Translations under genes and position numbers: made by a program | Shown: positions 54,518 to 64,000 of the stretch, in pieces | How positions within the stretch are numbered: the stretch's first letter is position 1 | Layout of the letters: every line of letters starts with the position of its first letter | Notes under the pieces: model-generated | Told to the model about the DNA's origin: nothing | Database searches by the model: none | The model's input: only the letters and a program-made list of their open reading frames with translations | Assembly (NCBI GenBank): GCA_045592105.1 | Contig: JAZNUB010000059.1 | Location: forward strand, 5,691 to 69,690 | Direction: 5' to 3' | Origin: Eubacteriales bacterium | GTDB lineage: Bacteria; Bacillota; Clostridia; Oscillospirales; CAG-382 | DNA length: 64,000 nucleotides

Positions 54518-56923
54518 TTAAACTATTGCAGGGTTGATATCAATATCAAAGCCTGTTTTACCTTTTTTGGGTGGAGTAAAGGTGCAAAGAAGCCTTCTGA
54601 AAAACGCCCTGCACTCCTTACAATCCTTGTACTTAACTATTATTTTACAGCGGTATCTGCCGCCGATTTTATATATACCCTCTCTGTACGGGCCCATTTT
54701 TATCACTTTTATTTTATCGTTGCCGTTAGCTTCGCTTTCAAAAAGCGCAGAAAACGCATTAGCGGCATCCAGCACGCTTTCCTCGTTATCAGCGGAAAAG
54801 CCAAACACGGCAATATCGCAAAACGGAGGGAATACAACCGATTTACGAAGCCGTATCTCGCTATCGTAAAACGCCTTGTAATCCTGCTTTGCACCAAGAC
54901 GAAGCGTTTGGTGCAAGGGGTTATAAGTTTGAATTATAGCCCTGCCGCGCTTATTTGCTCTGCCCGCCCTGCCTATAAGCTGGGTTATCAGCGAAAACAT
55001 ACGCTCCGGCGCGCGATAGTCGTTCATATACAAAACGCTGTCCGCCATAACAAGCCCAACAAGCGTAACGCGCGGAAAATCCAAGCCCTTTACAACCATT
55101 TGCGTGCCGTAAAGTATGGAAGCCTCCCCACACTCAAACTCCATAAGTATCTCATCGTGAGAGCGTTTAGCAACCGTGGTATCGGTATCCATACGCAAAG
55201 CCACGCCATCGCCGAAAAGCGCCTCCAGCTCGTCCTGCAAAAGCTGTGTGCCGTAGCCGAAATAGCCGATATGCACACCGCCGCATTGCGGGCATTTTTG
55301 CGGTTTGTCCTCTATATGGCCGCAGTAATGGCAAATAAGCTTGCCGCGCCGCAGCTTCTCGTTACTGTACGCGTGATAGTTTAGGGAAACGGAGCAACGC
55401 GGGCAGGTAAACACATACCCACAGCTTCTGCACCTTAATGCAGAGTTATAGCCACGCCTACCCAAAAACAGTATCGCCTGCTCGCCTTTTGCCAGCGTGG
55501 CTTCAAGCTCGCCTTTAAGCTTTTTGCCCAGCAAACGCCCTTTTTCTATCTCCCTATCGCCAACGATATCCTCTATCTCAACCGTAGGCAGCTCCGTACC
55601 GCCAAACCGTTCAGAAAGCGTTAGCAGATGATATACGCCCGTTTCCGCTTTATAAAAGCTTTCAACAGACGGTGTTGCAGATGCCAACAACATAAGCGCA
55701 CCGTGTTTTGCACAGCGAAACCGCGCTATATCACGCGCATGGTATTTAGGCGTTTTATCGGATTTATAGGTATGCTCCTGCTCCTCGTCCATAACGATAA
55801 CGCCTATATCCTTAAGCGGAGCAAAAATAGCGGAACGCGTTCCAACAACAACCTTAACCTCACCGTTTGCTATACGCGCATAGGTATCCGCACGCTCACC
55901 CACGGAAAGGCGCGAGTGTATCACCGCGCAAGCGTTACCAAACTCTGCAAAATAGGTTGATATAGCCTGTGCGGTAAGCCCTATTTCGGGAAGCAGCACT
56001 ATCGCAGTGCGGCTTTGCCTAAAGGCTTCCTTAACAACTTCAATAATAATTTTCGTCTTGCCGCTACCCGTTATGCCGTACAGCAAGCACGCCTCTGCCT
56101 TGCCGCTTCGCATATAGGAAACAGCACTATCCCTAACCGCCTTTTGATTTTCAGAAAGCGCATAGGGCTTTTTTATATACTCCTCCGCAGAATACGGAAG
56201 CCTTTGCAAGCGTTTTTCATAGATGGAAAGATAGCCCTTCCCCTCCAGCGTGCGAACGGTTGCGCTTGATACACCTGCCTCCTTTAGCTGTTGCATAGAC
56301 ATATCGCCGTTTGCGATAAGCTGCATAAGCAAGCGCTGTTTAGTACCTTTAAGCTCGCCCTCGTAAGGCAGCTTTGTAACCCAAAGCTCTGTTTTAACGT
56401 TTGCCTTCTCCTCCACCTCGCTGCTTCTAAAAAGCAAGCCGCGGCGGCACAAGGACAACGCCAAAGCCTTCCCCTGTTCGCCAAACGAACGCACAAGCTC
56501 CGCCTCGCTAACCTTTTCGCGCAACTTAACAAAGCAATAAAGCTCGTCATCACAATCATTAGGCGCGGCAGTATAATAAACGGTGCTTTTAACGTTTATC
56601 CCCACGGGCAGCATAAGCTTAAGCGCCGCGCCGAAGGTGCAAAAGCATCTTTCGCTTATAAAAGCCGCAAGAGAAAGCGCCTCCTCCGAATTGGCAAGCG
56701 GATAATCCATAACGGATATAACGCCTTTAAGGTCGGGATTATTAGCGGCCGTTTCTTCAACCGCCGTAACAAACGCGCTTTTGCGCCTGTTACCCGTTCC
56801 GAACGGCACCACCACAATACAGCCAACCGCTACCGCATCGGCAAGGGCATCGGGTACGAAATAGCTATACGCCTTGTCAAACGCAAGGGTTGTATCCAGC
56901 AGGTATACCTGACAAACACGCAT
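54518..56923 (-). CDS. priA: primosomal protein N' (replication restart helicase PriA)
   Basis: 801 aa with Walker A GITGSGKT, DEEH box (VMDEEQEH) and the zinc-binding Cys cluster (CRSCG..CPRC...CHYCG...CPQCG). Confidence 0.96.
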   Translation of the reverse strand: MRVCQVYLLDTTLAFDKAYSYFVPDALADAVAVGCIVVVPFGTGNRRKSAFVTAVEETAANNPDLKGVISVMDYPLANSEEALSLAAFISERCFCTFGAALKLMLPVGINVKSTVYYTAAPNDCDDELYCFVKLREKVSEAELVRSFGEQGKALALSLCRRGLLFRSSEVEEKANVKTELWVTKLPYEGELKGTKQRLLMQLIANGDMSMQQLKEAGVSSATVRTLEGKGYLSIYEKRLQRLPYSAEEYIKKPYALSENQKAVRDSAVSYMRSGKAEACLLYGITGSGKTKIIIEVVKEAFRQSRTAIVLLPEIGLTAQAISTYFAEFGNACAVIHSRLSVGERADTYARIANGEVKVVVGTRSAIFAPLKDIGVIVMDEEQEHTYKSDKTPKYHARDIARFRCAKHGALMLLASATPSVESFYKAETGVYHLLTLSERFGGTELPTVEIEDIVGDREIEKGRLLGKKLKGELEATLAKGEQAILFLGRRGYNSALRCRSCGYVFTCPRCSVSLNYHAYSNEKLRRGKLICHYCGHIEDKPQKCPQCGGVHIGYFGYGTQLLQDELEALFGDGVALRMDTDTTVAKRSHDEILMEFECGEASILYGTQMVVKGLDFPRVTLVGLVMADSVLYMNDYRAPERMFSLITQLIGRAGRANKRGRAIIQTYNPLHQTLRLGAKQDYKAFYDSEIRLRKSVVFPPFCDIAVFGFSADNEESVLDAANAFSALFESEANGNDKIKVIKMGPYREGIYKIGGRYRCKIIVKYKDCKECRAFFRRLLCTFTPPKKGKTGFDIDINPAIV

Positions 56924-56924
56924 A

Positions 56925-57155
56925 TTATTCCGCTAATATTTTAAACTGACCGTTATGAAGCCTGCTTATAGCCACGCTAACAGCCTTTTCGTTGCTGTCC
57001 TCATTGGTTTTTTCGTATTCCTTGCGAGCTTCGTAATAATCCTGCTCCTGATTTTGCTTATACGTTACGTAGCGCGCACCCTTTGCGGCGGCGATAACCA
57101 GCATATAGCGGTTTACCTTGTTGTCTGTTAAGTCCTGAATAGACGGATAAAGCAT
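56925..57155 (-). CDS. rpoZ: DNA-directed RNA polymerase subunit omega
   Basis: 76 aa: ..NRYMLVIAAAKGARYV... Confidence 0.88.
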   Translation of the reverse strand: MLYPSIQDLTDNKVNRYMLVIAAAKGARYVTYKQNQEQDYYEARKEYEKTNEDSNEKAVSVAISRLHNGQFKILAE

Positions 57156-57175
57156 TGTATTTTTCCTTCTTTCGT

Positions 57176-57751
57176 TTAATTATCGTTTTTAGCGCGGTAC
57201 TTATTTACCGCTTCAAGTATTTGCAAGGCGGCTTCATCAGCAAAGCCCTGCTTGTTTACTACACAAACATCATATCGAGGCATAAGCTCCATTTCTTCTT
57301 TAGCACGCGCCAAACGAAGCTTTACCGTTTCGCTATCCTCCGTGCCGCGCCCCTTCAAACGCGCCTCCAGCGTTTCCATATCGGGGGGAGCTATAAATAT
57401 CAAAAGTGCTTCGGGCATCGCCGCCTTAACGTTAAACGCGCCCTCAGTTTCTATCTCTAAAACAACGTTTTTGCCATCAGACAGGCATTTTTCCACATAT
57501 TCCTTCGGGGTACCGTAAAGGTTACCGCAGTATACCGCATGCTCAAGAAGCAAGCCGCTGTCTATCCAACGGAAAAACTCACTTTCGCTGATATAAAAGT
57601 AGTTTTCACCGTCCACCTCGCCTTCACGCGGGGCGCGGGTTGTTGCGGAAACGGAATAGCAAAACCCTTCGTTTTTCATCAAATGTTCAAGCACGGTGCC
57701 TTTACCACAGCCGGAAGGGCCCGAAATAACAAGAAGCACGCCTTTACTCAT
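57176..57751 (-). CDS. gmk: guanylate kinase
   Basis: 191 aa with P-loop SGPSGCGKGT and ..SATTRAPREGEVDGENYFY... Confidence 0.96.
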   Translation of the reverse strand: MSKGVLLVISGPSGCGKGTVLEHLMKNEGFCYSVSATTRAPREGEVDGENYFYISESEFFRWIDSGLLLEHAVYCGNLYGTPKEYVEKCLSDGKNVVLEIETEGAFNVKAAMPEALLIFIAPPDMETLEARLKGRGTEDSETVKLRLARAKEEMELMPRYDVCVVNKQGFADEAALQILEAVNKYRAKNDN

Positions 57752-57986
57752 CCTCTTGCACCATCCTTTCCTCCAAAACCTCAGGGCTTTCCGCAGAAAG
57801 AACGGTATGCTCGCTATCGGTTATGATAACGGCACGCGTTTTTTTGCCGCAGCTAACGTCTATAACTCTGCCTGCGTTCTTGGCGTCCTGCACCATCCGC
57901 CTAACAGGAAGCGAATCCGGGGAAAGCACCGCCACAACGCGCCCTGCCGAAATATAACTGCCGCCGCCTATATCAATAAGCTTCAA
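57744..57986 (-). CDS. remA: DUF370 / extracellular matrix regulator RemA
   Basis: 80 aa: MKLIDIGGGSYISAGRVVAV.SPDS.P.RR...... Confidence 0.88.
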   Translation of the reverse strand: MKLIDIGGGSYISAGRVVAVLSPDSLPVRRMVQDAKNAGRVIDVSCGKKTRAVIITDSEHTVLSAESPEVLEERMVQEDE

Positions 57987-57996
57987 ACCTTTTCAC

Positions 57997-58881
57997 CTAC
58001 TCTATATTCTGTATCTGTTCCCTTATTTTTTCAATCTCGCTCTTTGCCGCTATAACGGCGCGGGCTATATCCACGTCCGCAGATTTAGAGCCTATCGTAT
58101 TAACCTCGCGGTTTATTTCTTGAACAAGGAAATCAAGCTTTCTGCCTATGGGGCCATCCTCTTTAAGTATGCTTTCAAGCTGAGCAAAATGGCTGTCCAG
58201 CCTTGCAAGCTCCTCATTAATATCCGCCTTGTCCGCAAAGATGGCACACTCCGTAAGCAGCCTGCCCTCATCAGGCGTGGCACCCTCCAAAAGCTCCTTT
58301 ATCCTTGCAAGCATCTTTTCCTTAGAAGCCTTAACGCTTTCGGGTGCAAGCTGTTTTATCGTTTCGCGAAGTGCCGCAGTTTCTGCCGCGTGCAGTCTAA
58401 CGTCGGCAACAAGCTTTTCACCCTCTGCTCGGCGCATACCGCAAAACTCATCCAAAGCCGCCTCGGCAACGGGTAAAACAAGCGCCCAAACCTCTTCCAT
58501 ATCCTCGTCTGCACGGGTTACGGTAAACACATCGTTCTTCGCGCTTACCATATCAAGGCTAACCTCGCCGCTAACGCCGTAGTCTGCTTTGATACGCTCC
58601 ATAAGCTTAAGATACGCCTCCAAATAATCCTTGTTAAGTGCAAGCGTAGTACCGTCCCCCTCCGTGTTGTTTACGGTAAGGTAAACGTCCACCTTCCCCC
58701 TTGAAACACGCGCGGAAACAAGCTGCTTTATCCGTTCCTCCAACGGATTATACAGCCTGCCAAGCTTAATATTAAGGTCAAGATATCGGCTGTTTACAGC
58801 CTTTATTTCAAAGCAAATGTCTTTACCGCCCGCAAGCGCACGCTGCCTGCCGTAGCCGGTCATACTGTAAGCCATAAGCAA
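57997..58881 (-). CDS. yicC: YicC-family stress-induced protein
   Basis: 294 aa: MTGYGR.., ..E.K..N.RYLD.., and the C-terminal DUF1732 block ..GRKLDFL.QE.NRE.NTIGSK... Confidence 0.9.
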   Translation of the reverse strand: MLMAYSMTGYGRQRALAGGKDICFEIKAVNSRYLDLNIKLGRLYNPLEERIKQLVSARVSRGKVDVYLTVNNTEGDGTTLALNKDYLEAYLKLMERIKADYGVSGEVSLDMVSAKNDVFTVTRADEDMEEVWALVLPVAEAALDEFCGMRRAEGEKLVADVRLHAAETAALRETIKQLAPESVKASKEKMLARIKELLEGATPDEGRLLTECAIFADKADINEELARLDSHFAQLESILKEDGPIGRKLDFLVQEINREVNTIGSKSADVDIARAVIAAKSEIEKIREQIQNIE

Positions 58882-58912
58882 TTCTCCCCTATTTAAAACA
58901 TTTAATCATATT

Positions 58913-58941
58913 ATTATATCACGCACAGCATTTACTGTCAA
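58913..58941 (-). promoter_or_regulatory. consensus sigma-70 promoter TTGACA-17-TATAAT upstream of yicC
   Basis: Minus strand: TTGACAgtaaatgctgtgcgtgaTATAAT. Both hexamers are perfect and the spacer is exactly 17 nt. Confidence 0.6.
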
Positions 58942-58944
58942 GCA

Positions 58945-59451
58945 CTAACGCTTTTTGTAAGCCACTATATGTGCAAACCTTTGCATTATACCGCTTATGG
59001 CGATATCTGCGGCAACAGCCACCACCACAAGCAAGGCATACAGCGGAACGCCCACCGTAAAGCCGGACTCTATCCCCAGCACAAAAGTTGTAACCGCAAT
59101 CCCTATGGAAAAGAACACCAGCACGGAAAGCACCTTAAGCACCCACCTAAGCACGCGGCTTTTAAGCCGTTCTATCTCGGGCTTAAGTATCGGGTACAAG
59201 CCGCCGTAGAACACGTAAAGCACGGCGGGGATTTTGTTGGGTAACAGCAAAAACGAAAGAACGGCACTTGTGCAGTAAACGGCAACGGCGCCGCCCCTGC
59301 CGTGGCGCATACGCATTGCCAGCACGCAAAAGCCCGCAAGCACGGCACAGCTTAAATCAAGCGCTTCTATTATGGAGCCAAAAAGCAAAAGCACCGTGCT
59401 GAGCGCGGAAAGCATACCGCTTTCCGCAATAATTCTGGTCTTTTTCATCAA
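58945..59451 (-). CDS. hypothetical integral membrane protein (5 TM)
   Basis: 168 aa, hydrophobic throughout. No family confidently recognised. Confidence 0.6.
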   Translation of the reverse strand: MMKKTRIIAESGMLSALSTVLLLFGSIIEALDLSCAVLAGFCVLAMRMRHGRGGAVAVYCTSAVLSFLLLPNKIPAVLYVFYGGLYPILKPEIERLKSRVLRWVLKVLSVLVFFSIGIAVTTFVLGIESGFTVGVPLYALLVVVAVAADIAISGIMQRFAHIVAYKKR

Positions 59452-59454
59452 TCG

Positions 59455-60069
59455 TTACCTTAAGCATCTAAAGCTGTTGCACATACATTCCAAGCACATA
59501 AGCCCCATACATATATCACAGCCCGAACAGCCTGTGGAATGTACCTGCCGCGTTGTGTGCGTGTTGGTATAGGTTGCGCCTTTAATATCGTTATAAGCTT
59601 TTCTGTATTCGGAGTTACCCGGGTCCATCTCGCACGCTTTCTTTATGTAATCCGTACCGTCCATAACCCAGCCTTTTTTCAAAAGCACTATGCCCTTTAG
59701 ATAGTACCACTCGGCACTGCGCTTTTCCGCGCTTATCATCTCCAGATACCTGTCCGCCTCGGTATACCTACCCTGAGTTATAAGCGTGCGTATCCGCGCA
59801 AACTCCGCGCTGCCCGTATACGTGTAGCTGCTGCCTGCGTTGTAGCTGCTGCCGCCGTATGCACCGCTGTTGCCTGCGGCGCGGCTTTTCTTAATGGTTT
59901 CGTACGCTTCGTTTACATCCCGCATTTTTTCGGAAGCCAGCCCCTTTAGCGGATTACTGTCATCATAATTGTCGGGATGGTACTTCTTGGCAAGCGCACG
60001 GTACGCTTTTTTTATTTCATCATCCGTGGCGTTATGCGAAACGCCTAAAACGGTATATGGGTCCTTCAT
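59455..60069 (-). CDS. J-domain protein with TPR-like middle region and Cys-rich C-terminal tail
   Basis: J domain ..DPYTVLGV....[18 protein letters not shown]... The C-terminus reads ..[23 protein letters not shown]... Confidence 0.8.
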   Translation of the reverse strand: MKDPYTVLGVSHNATDDEIKKAYRALAKKYHPDNYDDSNPLKGLASEKMRDVNEAYETIKKSRAAGNSGAYGGSSYNAGSSYTYTGSAEFARIRTLITQGRYTEADRYLEMISAEKRSAEWYYLKGIVLLKKGWVMDGTDYIKKACEMDPGNSEYRKAYNDIKGATYTNTHTTRQVHSTGCSGCDICMGLMCLECMCNSFRCLR

Positions 60070-60090
60070 TAATCGCCCTGCCCTTTGTCT

Positions 60091-61197
60091 TTATTCAAGG
60101 TAATCGCGAAGCTTCTTGGAACGGCTGGGATGGCGAAGCTTACGCAAAGCCTTTGCCTCTATCTGGCGTATACGCTCTCTCGTAATATCAAACGCCTTGC
60201 CCACCTCTTCAAGCGTGCGCGGTCTGCCGTCCTCTAAGCCGAAACGAAGCTTAAGCACGTTTTCTTCACGCGGGGTAAGCGTATGCAAAACCTCCAAAAG
60301 CTGTTCACGAAGCATCGTGTAGGAAGCGGCATCTGCGGGTGCGGTGGTGTTATCGTCCGCAATAAAGTCACCCAGATGGCTGTCCTCCTCCTCACCGATA
60401 GGCATTTCAAGTGAAACAGGCTCCTGCGCTATTTTCAATATCTCCCTAACCTTTTCAACGGGCATATTGATGTTTTCTGCTATCTCCTCTGCGGTTGCAT
60501 CACGCCCAAGGTCCTGCAAAAGCTGGCGTGAAACGCGAAGCACCTTATTTATGGTTTCAACCATATGAACGGGTATTCTTATGGTTCTTGCCTGATCCGC
60601 TATCGCGCGGGTTATAGCCTGACGAATCCACCACGTTGCATAGGTGGAAAACTTGTAGCCCTTGTTGTAATCAAACTTCTCAACCGCACGCATAAGACCA
60701 AGGTTGCCCTCTTGAATAAGGTCAAGGAAGAACATACCACGGTTTACATAGCGTTTTGCGATACTAACAACAAGCCTAAGGTTTGCTTCCACAAGCTGTT
60801 GCTTTGCAAAGGTATCGCCTGCCGCCATTTTGCAAGCAAGCTCCAGCTCCTTATCCGCGGAAAGAAGCGGCACCTTACCTATTTCCTTAAGATACATACG
60901 CACAGGGTCATCGATAGGCAAGCCATCCTTGGCAAGCATCTCGTCAACTTCCTCTTGGCACTTCTCAAGGTCCTCGGTTTCGTCCTCAACGTCCTCAAAA
61001 ATAGTGTTTTCATGGTCGTTCACTATCTCGATACCCTTAGCCTCAAACTCCATATAAAGCTTTTCAAAGGCTTCAAGCGTACAGTCCGCACTGTCAAGTA
61101 TATCTAAAAATTCTCCCGACGACATCGTGCTTTTTTCCACACCAACGTCCGAAAACTGCATTGTTACCATCTTTTCTTCTTTACTCATAATCATCAT
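60091..61197 (-). CDS. sigA: primary sigma factor (sigma-70/SigA)
   Basis: 368 aa with region 2.4 ..[14 protein letters not shown].. and region 4.2 ..[28 protein letters not shown]... The exact start (61197, 61194 or 61188) is ambiguous. Confidence 0.96.
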   Translation of the reverse strand: MMIMSKEEKMVTMQFSDVGVEKSTMSSGEFLDILDSADCTLEAFEKLYMEFEAKGIEIVNDHENTIFEDVEDETEDLEKCQEEVDEMLAKDGLPIDDPVRMYLKEIGKVPLLSADKELELACKMAAGDTFAKQQLVEANLRLVVSIAKRYVNRGMFFLDLIQEGNLGLMRAVEKFDYNKGYKFSTYATWWIRQAITRAIADQARTIRIPVHMVETINKVLRVSRQLLQDLGRDATAEEIAENINMPVEKVREILKIAQEPVSLEMPIGEEEDSHLGDFIADDNTTAPADAASYTMLREQLLEVLHTLTPREENVLKLRFGLEDGRPRTLEEVGKAFDITRERIRQIEAKALRKLRHPSRSKKLRDYLE

Positions 61198-62963
61198 CCC
61201 TCCGTTTTTTTGCTGTTTTCCTTCAATTTGTTTATATATTCTGCAAGGGCTTCTGCACCGCGCTCCGCTATGCTTTGGTCATAGTCCGCCTTCAGCTTTT
61301 CTCGCCCCAATGATTTTATAAACGCACTAAGCGTTGCCTCGCTGTTGTCCTGCACGCCAAGCCGCGCCGCCTGCATCCCCGTAACACGAGCAAGCTCCTC
61401 GGCACTAAGCGCACCGTCCTTGGACAAAACAGGCTCACGCCCTGCCTCAAAGTCCTCTTTATAAAGCAAGAACACCTTGCGGCTGAACTCGGTTACAAAG
61501 CTATCCTCCGATAGCTGAACACTTGCATACAGCTCCGGCTTTAGAAGCAGTATACCAAGTATACGCTCCTCTATCATAACCGCGGCGGGAAGCTTTACCC
61601 TATCGCGGTTAACCTTGTCGCCATATCCAAGCGTGTTTTGCAGATCCTTACTGTCCTGCTCCTTCCGCGCGCGCTTAACCGTTAGCACCGCCTTGCGGTT
61701 TACGCCCTCTAAAGCCGCCGTGTAGCTTACGCCCGTAAGCTCCCCTATGCGGGAGGCGCAAACCTCCCTCTCCGCCTTGCCGGGGCGGCTTGCCGCGTAC
61801 TCACACATCTTATCAAAGGCGCGCAGCTTTTCCTCGGGTACGGACATATTGTATCCCGCCGCTATCTCCTTAAGGCGATAATCTATCTGCCCGCCGGAAT
61901 CCTTTAAAACGCGTTTAAACGCTTCCGCGCCGTATTTTTTAATATACTCATCAGGGTCCTTAACGTCCCCCAAATTCAGTATCCTGCACGCAACGCCAAC
62001 CTCCTCCAAAAGCCGTATGCCCTTTAGTGTGGCGTTTTTACCTGCACCGTCGCTATCGTACGAAAGATATACAAGCTTTGCGTGCCGCGCTATAAGCCGC
62101 GCCTGCTCACCCGTTATGGCAGTACCAAGCGTTGCAACGGCGTTGCCAAACCCCGCTTGATGAAGCGCAACCGCGTCCATACAGCCCTCGCACATAATAA
62201 GCGAATCGTCATCACGGTTTTTGGCAATATTCATTGCAAAAACAAACTTGCTTTTTTTAAATGCAGGCGTATCGGAGGTGTTTACGTATTTTCTTTCGTC
62301 CTCCTCGTTAAGCCTGCGTGCGGAAAAGCCCAAAACAGCACCGTTTATATCTATAAGCGGGAACAAAACCCTGTTGCGAAACACGTCGTACAGCTTGCCG
62401 TTTTTACCCGTGCGGCAAAGGAAAGCCGCCGCAAGCTCCTTTTCCGTAAAGCCCTGCGCCGTTAGATGCTTGGAAAGCGCATCCCAGCTATCGGGTGCGT
62501 AGCCTATACCAAAGCGCCTTATCGTTAGTTTGGAAAACCCGCGCCCCTCCAAATACGCAAGCGCGCCCTTTCCGTTTTCGGAATTAAGCGCCGCGTGAAA
62601 GAACCTTGCCGCCGCCGTGGTTGCGGCTATAACACGGTCACGCCGCACCTCATCCTTAGGGCGTTCGCCATCCTGCTCCATCTGCATACCCACGCGATTT
62701 GCAAGATACTCCACCGCTTCGGGGTAGCTAAGCCCCTCCATCGCCATAACAAGGCTAACCGCATCTCCCCCCGCGCCACAGCCAAAGCAATAGTAGCTGC
62801 GCGTTTTCGGGAACACCGTAAAGGACGGCGTTTTCTCGTTATGAAATGGGCACAGCCCCGACATATTACTACCCGCACGCTTTAGTGCAACATATTTCGA
62901 AACCAGCTCCGTTATATCGTTTCTGTCCTTTACTTCCTCCAAAAACCGTTGGGAAAACGCCAT
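61194..62963 (-). CDS. dnaG: DNA primase
   Basis: 589 aa with zinc finger [11 protein letters not shown]......YCFGCG and a TOPRIM region (..IMCEGCMD.., ..[10 protein letters not shown]..). Confidence 0.96.
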   Translation of the reverse strand: MAFSQRFLEEVKDRNDITELVSKYVALKRAGSNMSGLCPFHNEKTPSFTVFPKTRSYYCFGCGAGGDAVSLVMAMEGLSYPEAVEYLANRVGMQMEQDGERPKDEVRRDRVIAATTAAARFFHAALNSENGKGALAYLEGRGFSKLTIRRFGIGYAPDSWDALSKHLTAQGFTEKELAAAFLCRTGKNGKLYDVFRNRVLFPLIDINGAVLGFSARRLNEEDERKYVNTSDTPAFKKSKFVFAMNIAKNRDDDSLIMCEGCMDAVALHQAGFGNAVATLGTAITGEQARLIARHAKLVYLSYDSDGAGKNATLKGIRLLEEVGVACRILNLGDVKDPDEYIKKYGAEAFKRVLKDSGGQIDYRLKEIAAGYNMSVPEEKLRAFDKMCEYAASRPGKAEREVCASRIGELTGVSYTAALEGVNRKAVLTVKRARKEQDSKDLQNTLGYGDKVNRDRVKLPAAVMIEERILGILLLKPELYASVQLSEDSFVTEFSRKVFLLYKEDFEAGREPVLSKDGALSAEELARVTGMQAARLGVQDNSEATLSAFIKSLGREKLKADYDQSIAERGAEALAEYINKLKENSKKTEG

Positions 62964-62981
62964 TAATTTATCACTTCCTTG

Positions 62982-63995
62982 CTATAAGCTCCACACTCTG
63001 GGCACGTATATCTCCTCAAAGGTAGAGATGGCATATCTATCAGTCATACTCGCAATATGGTCACAAACGCATCTATCAACCCCGTCGCGCTCTATCATAC
63101 GATAGGTTTCCGCAGGCAGCATTTTTGGGTTCTTACTGTAATAGCCGAAGAGGTATTCTATAAGCAAGGCAACCTTGCTGTCCTCCCCCTTAGCCTTGGG
63201 GCTTGTGTAAACCATTTCAAACATAAACTCACGCAGCTTAAGCATTGCGCTGCCATAAGGCTCCACCATAACGATGTCCCCATCCGTTCCGCCGGATATA
63301 ACCGCGCTTACCATAGAGGTTATGCGCTTGCTATGCGTGTTACCCAAAACCTCGCTAAGCTCCTTCGGTATATCGTCAGGCGTTATAAGCCCTGCACGGC
63401 AAGCATCGTCTATATCGTGGTTTATGTAAGCAATTCTATCTGCAAACTTAACAAGCTGCCCCTCCAAGGTTGCCGCCTTGTTGCCACCCGAATGGTTTAA
63501 TATCCCATCCCGCACCTCGTAGGTAAGGTTAAGCCCGTTCCCACCGCGCTCCAACACGTCCACCACGCGAAGGCTTTGCTCGTAATGATGGAAGCCGCAC
63601 TTCATAATATCGTTAAGCGCGCGCTCGCCTGAGTGTCCAAAGGGCGTATGCCCCAAATCGTGCCCCAAAGCCGCCGCTTCCGTTAAATCCTCGTTCAACG
63701 CAAGCGCACGCGCCATTGTACGCGCAATCTGCACAACCTCAAGCGTGTGCGTAAGGCGGGTACGATAATGATCGTCCTTCGGGTTGATAAACACCTGCAT
63801 CTTGTGCATAAGGCGGCGAAACGCCTTACAATGCGTAATCCTGTCCCTATCGCGCTGAAACTCCGTTCTAACAGGGCAGGGCTGGTCAAACACTTGCCTT
63901 CCCGCAGTGTCCTTCGTTTTAAAAGCCTGCGGGCAAAGCATCCTTTCTTCCAGCATAAGGGTTGTTGCTTTCACAAAAATGCCCCCTTTATTCAC
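62982..63995 (-). CDS. dgt: dGTPase-like HD-domain deoxynucleoside triphosphate triphosphohydrolase
   Basis: 337 aa: ..F.RDRDRI.H...FRRL..K.QVF......H.R.RLTH.LEV.QI.R... and HDLGH.PFGH. Confidence 0.9.
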   Translation of the reverse strand: MNKGGIFVKATTLMLEERMLCPQAFKTKDTAGRQVFDQPCPVRTEFQRDRDRITHCKAFRRLMHKMQVFINPKDDHYRTRLTHTLEVVQIARTMARALALNEDLTEAAALGHDLGHTPFGHSGERALNDIMKCGFHHYEQSLRVVDVLERGGNGLNLTYEVRDGILNHSGGNKAATLEGQLVKFADRIAYINHDIDDACRAGLITPDDIPKELSEVLGNTHSKRITSMVSAVISGGTDGDIVMVEPYGSAMLKLREFMFEMVYTSPKAKGEDSKVALLIEYLFGYYSKNPKMLPAETYRMIERDGVDRCVCDHIASMTDRYAISTFEEIYVPRVWSL

Positions 63996-64000
63996 ACGTA

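Overview
This is a 64-kb chromosomal window from a spore-forming Firmicute of class Clostridia. That assignment is an inference from gene content (yqfC/yqfD, remA, prkC/stp, DUF1846, DUF1292); no marker RNA is present. About 90% of the window is tightly packed, recognisable core genes.

Left half (mixed strands): gdhA, ilvE, yqfC-yqfD, a MATE pump, an M3 oligoendopeptidase, a PucR-like regulator followed by ftsE-ftsX, an M23 hydrolase and an S41 protease, greA-lysS, and a lipid/teichoic-acid-type cluster (GT8-TVP38 fusion, CDP-alcohol phosphatidyltransferase, LtaS-like).

Middle: a 9-gene minus-strand operon (CapD-like, Wzz, BY-kinase, CpsB phosphatase, SufC-like, SufB/D-like, three unknown envelope proteins), then serC-serA, and DUF1846-pyrR-uracil permease.

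Right third (minus strand): the conserved block dgt-dnaG-sigA ... yicC-remA-gmk-rpoZ-priA-def-fmt-Zn peptidase-rsmB-rlmN-stp-prkC-rsgA-pssA-rpmE-hflX.

I saw no rRNA, tRNA, CRISPR array, transposase or integrase.

The unusual material is small and mostly non-coding:
1. A family of intergenic arrays at three loci (10.66-10.85 kb, 38.06-38.17 kb, 43.30-43.38 kb). Variable GC mini-hairpins are separated by a conserved 7-9 nt linker (AGTGATAT / its complement).
2. A GC-rich, helix-dense roughly 215-nt segment of unknown class (10.88-11.09 kb) next to an orphan low-GC four-helix-bundle gene.
3. A 123-bp direct repeat that duplicates a promoter, RBS and the first 9 codons around a small zinc-ribbon gene (20.2-20.8 kb).
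4. An orphan zeta-toxin-like P-loop kinase.

All functional calls come from reading motifs in the translations. No database search was run.
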